In this document: in pieces, positions 36,830-46,887 of the stretch | Layout: each line of letters starts with the position of its first letter | Position numbering within the stretch: position 1 is the first letter of the stretch | Assembly: GCA_001949185.1 (NCBI GenBank) | Contig: BDGG01000001.1 | Coordinates: 3,427,324 to 3,491,323 of the forward strand | Direction of reading: 5' to 3' | Source of the DNA: Ramazzottius varieornatus | Taxonomy: Eukaryota > Animalia > Tardigrada | Length of the DNA stretch: 64,000 nt | Position numbers and translations under genes: made by a program | Notes under the pieces: generated by a model | Databases searched by the model: none | Seen by the model: only the letters and a program-made list of their open reading frames with translations | What the model was told of the DNA's origin: nothing

Positions 36830-37664
36830 AGTCGAGTGATACGAATTTCATGAATAATGAATATTCAGATGCATGTGTGGCTGCTTTTTTTCTGGTGCGA
36901 GAGTTTTTTACTATCCATAGTAGCAACAGTGATATTTGACATGACTAATAGCTCAAATAAAACGTGCACAAAAAACGGCTGTTTGACGAAGAGGCGTTTG
37001 TGGGTGCGGGCTTTCGGAAGAAACAACTGGCCAAGCGGAACCCTCGCCTTTGTTGAAAGTCATCGATATGCAGCGCTGTGCAAGCAGACCCCTCACAACC
37101 TCATAATGCCCGCATTCTTTGAACGAGAAAAAAGTCAGTCGAGCAGCGTAAACATGGTGGCATGTGAGAAGAATTGTTCCAAGACAATAGCGAAAATCTG
37201 CCAGGAAAAAGTTGGTAGCACCTATTGGGGTCTAAGTTACCGTACGTACGCGGTTGGGTTGATAGCTTATGACGGAGAGTTCCGAGTCAGAACCTGTTAA
37301 GTATTCTCCGGTCGATGAGCCATCGATCATTTTGAGATACTTGCTTTTAGCGCATTTGTCAACTGTTTTGTTTGTCCTCAGTAGCAGTTTTTGACAGATA
37401 CTTCGTTCTAAACCATTCAGCCACAGATCTGCCATTCGATCGACCAGATTTTGTTTATTTTTTGCGGTGAGTCGTGTAATTTGCCCAGTTACTCAAAACG
37501 GTCAAGATCAACATCCGGGTCCGTATGATACTATTGATACAAGTACTTTTTCACCATCGATACCTCAGGAATTTACCAACTTGATGGAGTTTTCTATTGC
37601 TCTAATAACCCTTTTCGTCAATATATTTTAGGATCTTAGATTGATCGAAGATCGCAGTCCAAAA

Positions 37665-38460
37665 ATGGAGACGATTACTTTGATGATTACCGCAATACTC
37701 GGTATGGCTACGGCACAACAGATTGGCACTTCGGCCCCGAAAGATTGCCCACTAGGATGGACGAGGATTCGGAATAGCTGCTATCTCACCGGGGAACGTT
37801 TCAATGGGTAATTTTAGGAAATGTCAACATCGCACTTTCCGGCAGTAATTTTCAATATAATCAAACCTTTTCGAGACGCCGAACTCAAGACTTGATTCCT
37901 GTTTGCCTCCATGCAGACAAACGTGGTACTCTGCTGCCGCCTTCTGCCAGAGCCTGGGAGCACATCTCATCGAGATAAACGACATGGAGGAATTCCATTA
38001 CGCGGACGCTGCAGGTACAATAATACAAGAATCCTTTGATCCTCAGCTCTCAAACCAGGGAACCAAAGAATGCGTTCGCGGTTCTAAATGTAAGGAACAA
38101 GTATCAAACGATGATTTTATTCGCAGCGAAACAAGTCGGCTGGGTGGACGGGCCTTGGCTCGGAATACTGCGTCCTTTTGGTGACAACCGTTGGGTTCTT
38201 CCTTCACTGCGCAGCGAGTCTGTGGATAACGACTTTAACAAACGTAAGCTCGGATGCATCATTTAACCTGCTACTGAACTACCAGTTTAATACTTGTACT
38301 ACACCTTACAGTGATGGAAGATATCGCACAAGGCAGTTCTCACGATTGCGGCGGGATGGACAAGCGAGGAAAATTGTTTGGATTCTGGAGATGTCGAAAT
38401 GGAGGTTCCCCGTGGTGTGAAATCGACCTTCAAGTCCAATCGAATCAAATAGCTACCTAA
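37665..38460 (+). CDS. Secreted C-type lectin-like domain protein B, 4 exons, paralog of lectin A
   Basis: METITLMITAILGMATA..CPLGWTRIRNSCYL..|QTWYSAAAFCQSLGAHLIEIND..|..GPWLGILRPF..|..CGGMDKRGKLFGFWRCRNGGSPWCEIDL. Confidence 0.88.
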
Positions 38461-39014
38461 TTCCGGCTCACTGCTGTCCCCATCGAGCAGTGTCGCCCCT
38501 TCTGGAATATTCCCATACTTTTCTTCTCCAGAGTTTTTGTCGCGAGATGATTTTGTTACGAGTGTGCCAAAGTATTTATACAGCGTCACTCGTTCTCAAA
38601 AATTGGATCAAAGACTGACCACTGGCGTTCGAATCGTACAGGCAGAACTACTCACTACCCTATAATATCCTCGAATACATTAGTTTCACCATACAGACGA
38701 GAAAAAATACAAGACATATTTTCACCAGGTGAAGAACGAAATGCGGCTACCGGCGCTGTTTTAGTTCTACGCTCCCAGTTTGGCGGACTGCTGGTTATTA
38801 TCGAACAAGTTTCGTCTGATCGCTTCCAGATAACATCGAGCGGAAGATTCCGACCCAAGTTAGGACCTCATTTCGAAAACCAACATTTAACAAAAGTTTT
38901 CGTGTTCGCTGTCTTGCAGGCACGCTGGATGTTACTGACAAAACACAAAGTGGTTTGTTTTCGTGCCTATTTTCTTGGGCATTTGAAAATGTCTGGTCTT
39001 CGATTTTCAACCCC

Positions 39015-39835
39015 CACCCTACGTTGGATCGGGAAGCGGAAGTTGGCCGGAACTACCACCTCTGGCTACTCAACCTGATCCGTGTCAGGGAACTCCTTGC
39101 CTGAACAACGGATACTGTTACCCTCCGGGCCGATCCTGGCTTCGATAACGCAAAAATGATCTACGAATGCCAGCCGAGTTTCGTAGGCGATCACCGTCAG
39201 TTCCAAGATCCATGCACGGTGGAACCTTTGCAACCGCGTCGCTCCTCTAACAAAAGAAGCTGAAGGGCGGTTATCCCCCGTGCAAACGAAACCGCGGATG
39301 TGGATTCGGTTCAGCCGAGCTATGAGTGTTTTTGCGAACGTGGGATATCTTGGTCCTAACTGTACTACAGTCAACTGAATTCTCGCGGCGGTCAGGGGCG
39401 TGGTAACTCAGTATCCGTAACTTGCAATACGGGTACGCATGTGAGTGTCGGAAGGGATATCGCTCATTAGGATGCAACATCGATATTGACGAATGCACTA
39501 TCCAAGAACCCTGTGCTAACGTTCATATCAATGCAGTCGCTGTATCTGCCAAAACAGATTCAGAGTTGAAAGTGTATCGAACTCCATGGTTCATGTGCGG
39601 AGAACCCCTGCAAGAACGGTGGTCGCTGCCAACCCGGTTCCGCTGCGAACTTTCCCGACTACTAAGTGCAATGTGCTTGAGGATACTCGGGAAGTCATTG
39701 CGAAGTCAACAGCGACAACATGCTTGTCAGAATGGTGAGATCTGTCGAGGTCAGGTAAACGGATACACTTGCGAGTGTGGAGGACAGTAAGGGGTACGTA
39801 CAGTATGGAGGACAGTACTGTGCAGAAGAGATCGT
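39015..39835 (+). pseudogene. Degenerate copy of the 6-EGF gene at 41456-42343
   Basis: Collinear fragments DPCQGTPCLNNGYCY, FVGDHRQFQDPC, GYLGPNCTTV, YACECRKGYRSLGCNIDIDECTIQEPCAN, CAENPCKNGGRC, ACQNGEICRGQVNGYTCEC, broken by frameshifts and stops. Confidence 0.88.
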
Positions 39836-40325
39836 GAGTCCGTGATTTCGAATAAAACATCGTTCAGCCGGACAGTAACACCCTTTGGTAGCACCGCAGA
39901 CTGTTTATTCAGTGCTTGCTGTGAAAAGGGTACAAGATGTCGATAGCATCATCAAGGCAAGACCAGGTCGTTGCTGTGTATCGCGTGGGATTTCTGGTCA
40001 TTAGATTACGTGCATATGTATTATACCGCCACTTATTTTTAAAATTATCAAATGGATGTTGAAATAACCTGCACATATGATAACTCATTAACTGCATATA
40101 ACTGCACATATGATCTGAACGTACCTCTGCCTCTCGCAGGCTTTTCAAGACTCGTTTAGAACATCCAAGAGCCGTGCTTGCGAGATCAGTCGGCAAGGTT
40201 GACAGAATTGTTAAATGCTAAAGCGGAAGGCCATTGATTTGGAATTTGCTCGCCGTGGAACGACTGCGGACACGCATGACTATACAGTAGCTCTGTTATT
40301 TACTTTCGACGAGACTTGGAATTGC

Positions 40326-40480
40326 TACCGCACTTTTACGAAAAAGGAGACGAGAAGAGAGGGAATTATGGCGATCCGTAGCAGTGAAAGTTCGGTCTTC
40401 ACGGAAGCAGATACCGATGCGAAGACTGGAGCGTTTGGCTTGACGTCTGTCGGCAGCACTGGATTCGCCACTTCGGTTAA
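40326..40480 (-). pseudogene. Remnant of the chitinase last exon (duplicated tail)
   Basis: Translates to KPNAPVFASVSASVKTELSLLRIAIIPSLLVSFFVKVR*, versus chitinase KPVAPVVASASAKTGLSQLQLFMVPSLIVIPFFLKL*. DNA match GTGAAAGT(T/C)CGGTCTT..CGGAAGCAGAT with about 42580-42610. Confidence 0.75.
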
Positions 40481-41455
40481 CACCTTGAGCACGGGGCGGG
40501 AAACTCACTTTCTCGGCGCACACCCATTTGTGCGTAGCGAGTTTCCAGTTTATCTTTTGCTCCCCGTTTTTTTCCGTTTGCCCGGACAATAAACCTTGCT
40601 TAGAACTAAAACTAGCGGCTACTGGACACTGGCTCTGCAAACCTGTGTGAATTGTTTTCCTTTCTTGACACGATTTCGGCGTAGCCAGCAAATTATTTTC
40701 CAGCCAGGCTCTCAGTTAGCTCAGAGTCACCAAAACAATTGTTATGCGAGCCCAAACATTTTAGTATCTTGCGACAGTTTCAGATTTGTAAAAAGATCTG
40801 CCCAGTGGCCATTAAAAAAACCTTGAGGCCTGGTCGTTTTGAGTTGGCAGGTGGCGCACTCTACATCACATTCCAAAATTTTGGCCAATCAATGAGGTGG
40901 TGATTGGTCTAATCTGGCACCGCCCCCAAGTTTTAACCAGTCAAAACAAGGCGAAAGTGACTTTCCCGCATCGTATTCTAAAAGCAAGCAATCGCGGAGT
41001 GCTTAAAGTATTAAATGGTCGGGAGGAATAGGTCTCCCAAGAGTCTCCCGCACGATCTTAGAGCGACATATAACCACTAGCGAAGGTGTATCTACCTGGT
41101 AAGCTTGCTCACTTAGGTTCTGATTCAGTTCGACGACTGAAACGAGGAAGCTCGCGGCATATTTTATTGCAGTCTCATAAGAGAGAAGTTACAGAACCGA
41201 AAACGACGAGAGGGGCATTGTTCCAGTTCGCGCTTCTCGCTGGTGGTGGTTCTCGGCGTCGAACTCGGTTCTCTAATTAGCAATCGCCACACGCTGATCG
41301 TTTCCAAATACACGTAGCACACACTACAGCTTTTTCGATCCTTGCGTGAAATTTATCAAGGTTTAATCACGGACAATGTCGTTTGTTCGCTGACAGTGAC
41401 ACACCACCTCGCTATAGCTGTAGTTTCGCTGATTCTCAAACGATGGAAACCGAAC

Positions 41456-42343
41456 ATGGCGCGTTCCTTAATTACGCTCGTAATTTTAGTATTGAGCATT
41501 GGACAAACTTCCCCTTCGACCCGCCCGATGGGATCTGAGAGCCGGCTCGGACTACCTTTGCCGACTGCGGAGTCTGATTCATGCCAGGAAAGTCCTTGCT
41601 TCAACGGCGGACGCTGTTATTCTCCAGGAATAAACGACGCAATGCTGGCCTGTGACTGCCGCCCTGGGTTCGTTGGCAATCACTGCCAGTTCCGCGATCC
41701 CTGTGTAATACAGCCGCGTCGTTGCTCCAACGGAGGGACTTGCCGAGCTGTCTTTCTGGCTCTGAACGGAACAACAAGTTCGGATTCGGTCGAGCCCACG
41801 TTTGAGTGCCTATGTAAACGCGGATATCTTGGTCCTAACTGTACAACGGTCGATTTTTGTGCTGCATATCCTTGCGACTGCCAAGGACACAGCAACTCTG
41901 TATGCCGGAATTTGGAGAACGGTTACGCTTGTGAATGTCGGAAAGGATATCGCGGGCTGTGGTGTAACATCGACATTGACGAATGCACGCTTGAAGAGCC
42001 CTGCGCTAACGGAGGAACCTGCATCAACACGATCGGCTCTTATCGCTGCGTTTGCCGAAATGGCTTTAAAGGACAAAAGTGTACCGAAGTACACGTTCCG
42101 TGCGCGGAGAACCCCTGCCAGAATGGCGGTCGCTGCCACCCCGGTTCCAGTGTGAGCTTTCCCGACTTTTGTGAATGTGCCTCAGGATTCTCCGGAAGTC
42201 ATTGCGAAGTGAATATTGACGACTGTATCGACAATGCTTGTCAGAATGGCGGGACATGCCAAGATCAAGTCAATGGATACACCTGCCAATGTTCAAGACC
42301 TTACGGAGGGCGTTACTGCAATGAAGAGATCGGATACGAGTGA
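41456..42343 (+). CDS. Intronless secreted protein of six Notch-like EGF repeats
   Basis: Signal MARSLITLVILVLSIGQTSP; six EGF modules including Ca-binding type DIDEC and NIDDC; stop directly after the last repeat; no TM, DSL, LNR or ankyrin region. Confidence 0.9.
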   Translation: MARSLITLVILVLSIGQTSPSTRPMGSESRLGLPLPTAESDSCQESPCFNGGRCYSPGINDAMLACDCRPGFVGNHCQFRDPCVIQPRRCSNGGTCRAVFLALNGTTSSDSVEPTFECLCKRGYLGPNCTTVDFCAAYPCDCQGHSNSVCRNLENGYACECRKGYRGLWCNIDIDECTLEEPCANGGTCINTIGSYRCVCRNGFKGQKCTEVHVPCAENPCQNGGRCHPGSSVSFPDFCECASGFSGSHCEVNIDDCIDNACQNGGTCQDQVNGYTCQCSRPYGGRYCNEEIGYE

Positions 42344-42521
42344 AGCGGTTGATGGCGTAAGAGAAAATCCTACAGCACTTTTTGCTCAAGACCAACTGGT
42401 TTGCTTTATAGACCGACCAATGTCGTTAACGTTACCTGTTGCAGTATTGCAAAATAACTGCATGCCATGGCCATAAAGGATGAAAAAGAATCAAAAGACC
42501 GATGGCTATGTTACTCATGTA

Positions 42522-44607
42522 TCACAGTTTCAGAAAAAAGGGAATGACAATCAAAGAAGGCACCATGAATAGTTGCAGCTGTGAAAGTCCGGTCTTGGCG
42601 GAAGCAGATGCAACGACTGGGGCAACTGGTTTGACGTATGGTGGCGCCACCGGTTTGGGTGGCAATGTTGGAATGACGTTAGGTCGGCCAAGAATCTCAC
42701 TCACTGATTTCAGCAGCGGGAACTTTGGTCCGCAGTAGCCTTGCAAGTCGTCTGAGCCGATGTGCCAAATGAATACACCTTGCAGTCTGTTATTCTGCGC
42801 CCATTGCACCTACGAGCATAGAGAACACATATTCATGAATAAAATCGAAAAGTAGGACATCGGCACCAAACTCGGCAAGATTATTTACTCGACTGGCGCA
42901 TGCTTCCAGCCAAAAACACCGAAAACGTACACCACTTGGGAAAACAACCTTGTTGGGTTTGCTCCTCTAGCTACAAAAACTGGCGACAAATGTACAAACC
43001 TTTTTCTCGAGACTTTGGCTATCGTCATAGCTGACCCACTGATTTCCGAAGAAAGCGTAAGGCGTATGTGTTACCGGGTCCATCTTCCGGGTCCAGCCAG
43101 CTTTCAGGCCGCTGCAGATCTCGCCATACGACAGCGTACCATTCTCGTGAGTGAGGAATCCGCCAGTCCCGACACCCAGGGCGGAATTACCTACGCGTTC
43201 GGTACGGTTTTCTACTTCGGGAGTAGACAGGGTCCAGGTTCGTCCATAAAAGGCCAAACCCATTGAAAGACTTTCCCGCGGAACACCGGCGGCTATCCAG
43301 TCCAGCATAGATTTCTCCTGTGATATTCAGCATGCTCACTTAAACGTGTAACCTCGCGAAATGCCGACAATGATGACTGTGATCTTACCACATCGGGGAA
43401 GCCCGCGTTAGATCCCGTCTTGAGAAGTTCGGCTCCCCACATTCCGTGATAGTCGTAAGTCATTACATTGATACAATCCAAGTACCTGCAACCACAAGTT
43501 CACACCGGTCTACAACAGCCACAGAACTCAAAAGTACAGTCGTTTACTCGGTTATGCAAGTCTTATTTTCTGTGTGGGTCTCAACGCACTTGGCCATTTC
43601 CGCTGCTTTGTAGCCGGGACGAACGGTGTTTCCCACTGCAGCTGTTAGAATCAACCTCGGTCTTTTAGTTCTTTCTGCATCTGCGACAATGGCTGCTTTC
43701 AGGTCCTAAAAAAGAAAAGAACGTATGATGGTCAAAGTTACGGCTCCTGGTGTGCTGATATTCAAAATTAAAAATATTAATATTATTTTCCATATTCAAA
43801 TATTATTGCATATATTCCATATTCAAAATATTACGGCATGTCAGTTGCTTTATCTGAGTCAAAAAGAGTTCCGGTTTCTCAATAAGAACAAGATGACAGC
43901 CGTGTACGGTATGCATTGCTGCACGCAATTATGAAGGCCTCCGGCATACACACAGAATTAGGAGTGTCAAACTTGACGGTTTGAGTTTCCGTACCTGAAG
44001 CAAGGACAGGTAGTCCTGAGCATTCTCCGGTTCAGGATATTCCCAATCGATGTCCACACCATCGAAGCTCCACTTTCGGAGGTCCGCCACAATGGACGCG
44101 GCGAACAGGGAGCGGCTTGCACCATTCTTTGCCATTGCGACGAACTCATCGCTGTTGTTCCATCCACCCACGCTAAGGACCAACTTCAGCTCTGGATTTA
44201 TTTCTTTGAGACTGTACAACTGAGCAAAATGTCCTGTAGAAAAAGGCCAAGAGCTCAAACATAAGAACGTTCACACAGTAAAGTAAGCTGAGCTGTTTTA
44301 CGGACCTCGATACTTATTTCCGTCTGGTGGCGATATTCTGGTCTGGTTGACGTTGAAGAAGGCATAGACGATAATATCGCATGGTCCGTAGGGATTGATG
44401 TCCGCCACTTTGAAAGGATTGTACATTCCGTTGTTCAAGGTCCATCCAGGAAGATAACATTGGACCTCGAATTTACCTGTGGACGAAAACGAGTCACATT
44501 ATGCCGACATTGCCATCTTGATGTAAGATACATTACATATATTTTACCTTCAACGACAACCCCACAGAAACCGGCAAGCAGGAGCAGAATAAGATGGCGC
44601 AAACCCA
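42522..44607 (-). CDS. GH18 chitinase with hydrophobic (GPI-like) C-terminus
   Basis: Signal MGLRHLILLLLAGFCGVVVE; CDIIVYAF; LKLVLSVGGW; catalytic FDGVDIDWEYP; INVMTYDYHG; MGLAFYGRTWTL; LSYGEIC; WVSYDD; GVFIW. Confidence 0.93.
42890..42950. repeat. Copy of the GTGGCGCAC palindromic family (chitinase last intron)
   Basis: TGGCGCATGCTTCCAGCCAAAAACACCGAAAACGTACACCACTTGGGAAAAC. Confidence 0.65.
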
Positions 44608-46887
44608 TTCTTGGCAGCGGTGGATTTACACAGTGTACATTTGCCCAATGGCGTGATAAAACGGATGGCCAAGATTGGTGTGGCCCACTTCCATCTTGAT
44701 CCGTCTCGCGAGCGCAGATCTATCTTTTCAGATTTTGGTCATTACGAAAACAGTTACAGTTCATGACCGAACAGATAGAAGAACAGTTGGAAGTCACAAC
44801 AGGGAAATGTTGAAATCAAACAAAACAGTATATCAGGCCTGAGAGGACAAACCCAGACTCTGGCGATACAGTCGATGATACTCGTACTCTGAAAACCTTT
44901 TCACACGCACTCAGATTTATCTCGGGTAAAAAGTGGAAAAGAAAGAAAGCACTTTCCATTGTCAAACTCTAGGTCCAACTAAAACAACCATTGCGTAACA
45001 GCATGTGGGTCAATGATGTCATGTACGAGTACCGGTACAACATCACACTCAATTCGCAGTTGCGGATCACAGCCTACTGCCTGCAGTTCACCGGCGCCAA
45101 AATCTTGAAAGACTGTCGGCAGAGTTGCCTCGATCGCAGAGTTGCCTCGATCTTGAAGCAATCACTAATACGCTATGCGCTCACATCGCTATTGAGCTGT
45201 GAGCAAAGTTTTATAGAAAAAACAGTCAACTCGTTTCGAGTGATTTCCAGTGTGACTGCATACCATCAAGAACACGTTAGAGAACTGGAGACCTCGCCCA
45301 GCATGCCGTCCAAACCGCTCCAGGTTGTGCAGACTCCACGTACCTGAGCACGCTGATTATTCATCCATACACCACAGTCTTTACTATCTGACGCAGTCAG
45401 AATGGCACTGTAGAACGCAAATCAAAATCCCGTTTATATTGGGTTATTTTACCGCACGATTTATTCTGCGTCTGGTGTGCGGTACCTGGCGTTACAATCC
45501 TGTAGCGTTTGTTTCTTCCTTTCCTTCGCCAATTCGAAATTTCACTTGTGCGCGGTGGTGCCCCCTGGAGAACGGTGCTTCACAGATTTTCGGCGGCAGG
45601 ATTATCAGTCCCCTGATAAGTATGACCGTCTGTTAATTCACTGCTGTAAGGAATAAAAGCTGCGGAAGTTTCTACGCTTCACCCTTTATGCTTCATCGGT
45701 CGAATGTACTTCCTTGTTCGCATCTAGACTTTATGAACATCGCTCAAGTCATTCTGAGTTTAGCCTCCATCCGAACTGTTCTCTCCCCTTGGACTTTCTT
45801 GTCCAGACCTAGCCCCATATCGAATACCGTGTCTTCCTGTTCCCTGGCCTTTCTTTCTTTCACGCAGAATTAATCATATCATTCAGTCTAATTAGTCTAT
45901 CCCCTGGCTGGCTGGCTGGCTCGCGTATTTCATTTAGATCTAACAAGATTCGCCGATCTCACCAGTCTTAATTTTTTGTACTGTAGTAGATGCAGAGCTC
46001 TGCCTGACCACAGAGCGCAGTAAGGTCCGATTTCGAAAAGGCACACAAAATTTGCAAGAACCAGTTCACTAATTTCAGCTCGAGAAGAGCTGAAAATTAA
46101 AACCCTGCCCGAGTTGCGCACAATCGTGCGTGCTACAGCCATGAGAGAGCTTGCAGAAGACAGACTCAACGTTGACGTACGTTGAGAGTAAGTGGTAAAT
46201 TGGAAGGGCTCGGCATTCATTTCGGTTAATTGACGAAGACGGAAGTAGGGCCTTACATGCACAGCTTACAGCGAACCTCAGAACTGTACCGGGAAAACGG
46301 CATCAGTTATGGGTTCCACAATTTCCCGCTAACACGAACTAGATTGAATTGGATGCAACGCTAGACAGAAATCGGCAGGAATGGGTCTTTCAAGGCAGGG
46401 ACAAATGCCAACTGGTCTTCTTTCCCTTCCCACTAGGTGCATCAGATTAATTTGCCAGGAGTCTGAACACACAGAAAGCTTTTGAGGCCACGCTGACGGC
46501 ACAAGGGACGACTAGGTGAGCTTATCGATCTATCGAGCCAACCCTAACCAGGCTCCTCATGCAGATTCACATGGGATCTCTCCTACCTTCAATCCATAAA
46601 GCTGCTTTGTCGATTTGTGGAAAGTGTACGTCTTAGCGCCGATCGATTGTGCCATATTAGAGCCTATCGTTCACCGTCAACAACAGAACCGGCCCGGTAG
46701 TACTGTAGGAAGCCCTGCATAAGATGGCTTTTCATTAGAGTGTGAGAAGTGGTTCGCGATTTCTCCAGACTTCAAGCCATCGGAGACGACCATTATGTGA
46801 TACAGTGACCCCGAAGACTTTCCTCAAGCTGTTTTCGGTCGCTTCATTTGCTTTCTGCCCAGTCTGCTTCTGCGCACCTGGATATGA

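Noticed and set aside
40060-40115. Short tandem repeat TAACTGCACATATGA-like
   Set aside because: Only two to three degenerate units inside the decayed duplication.
43755-43835. AT-rich ATATTCAAA(A)TATT repeats in a chitinase intron
   Set aside because: Low-complexity slippage repeat with no spacers or structure; not CRISPR-like.
44991-45347. 118-aa ORF upstream of the chitinase
   Set aside because: No recognisable domain or convincing splice structure.
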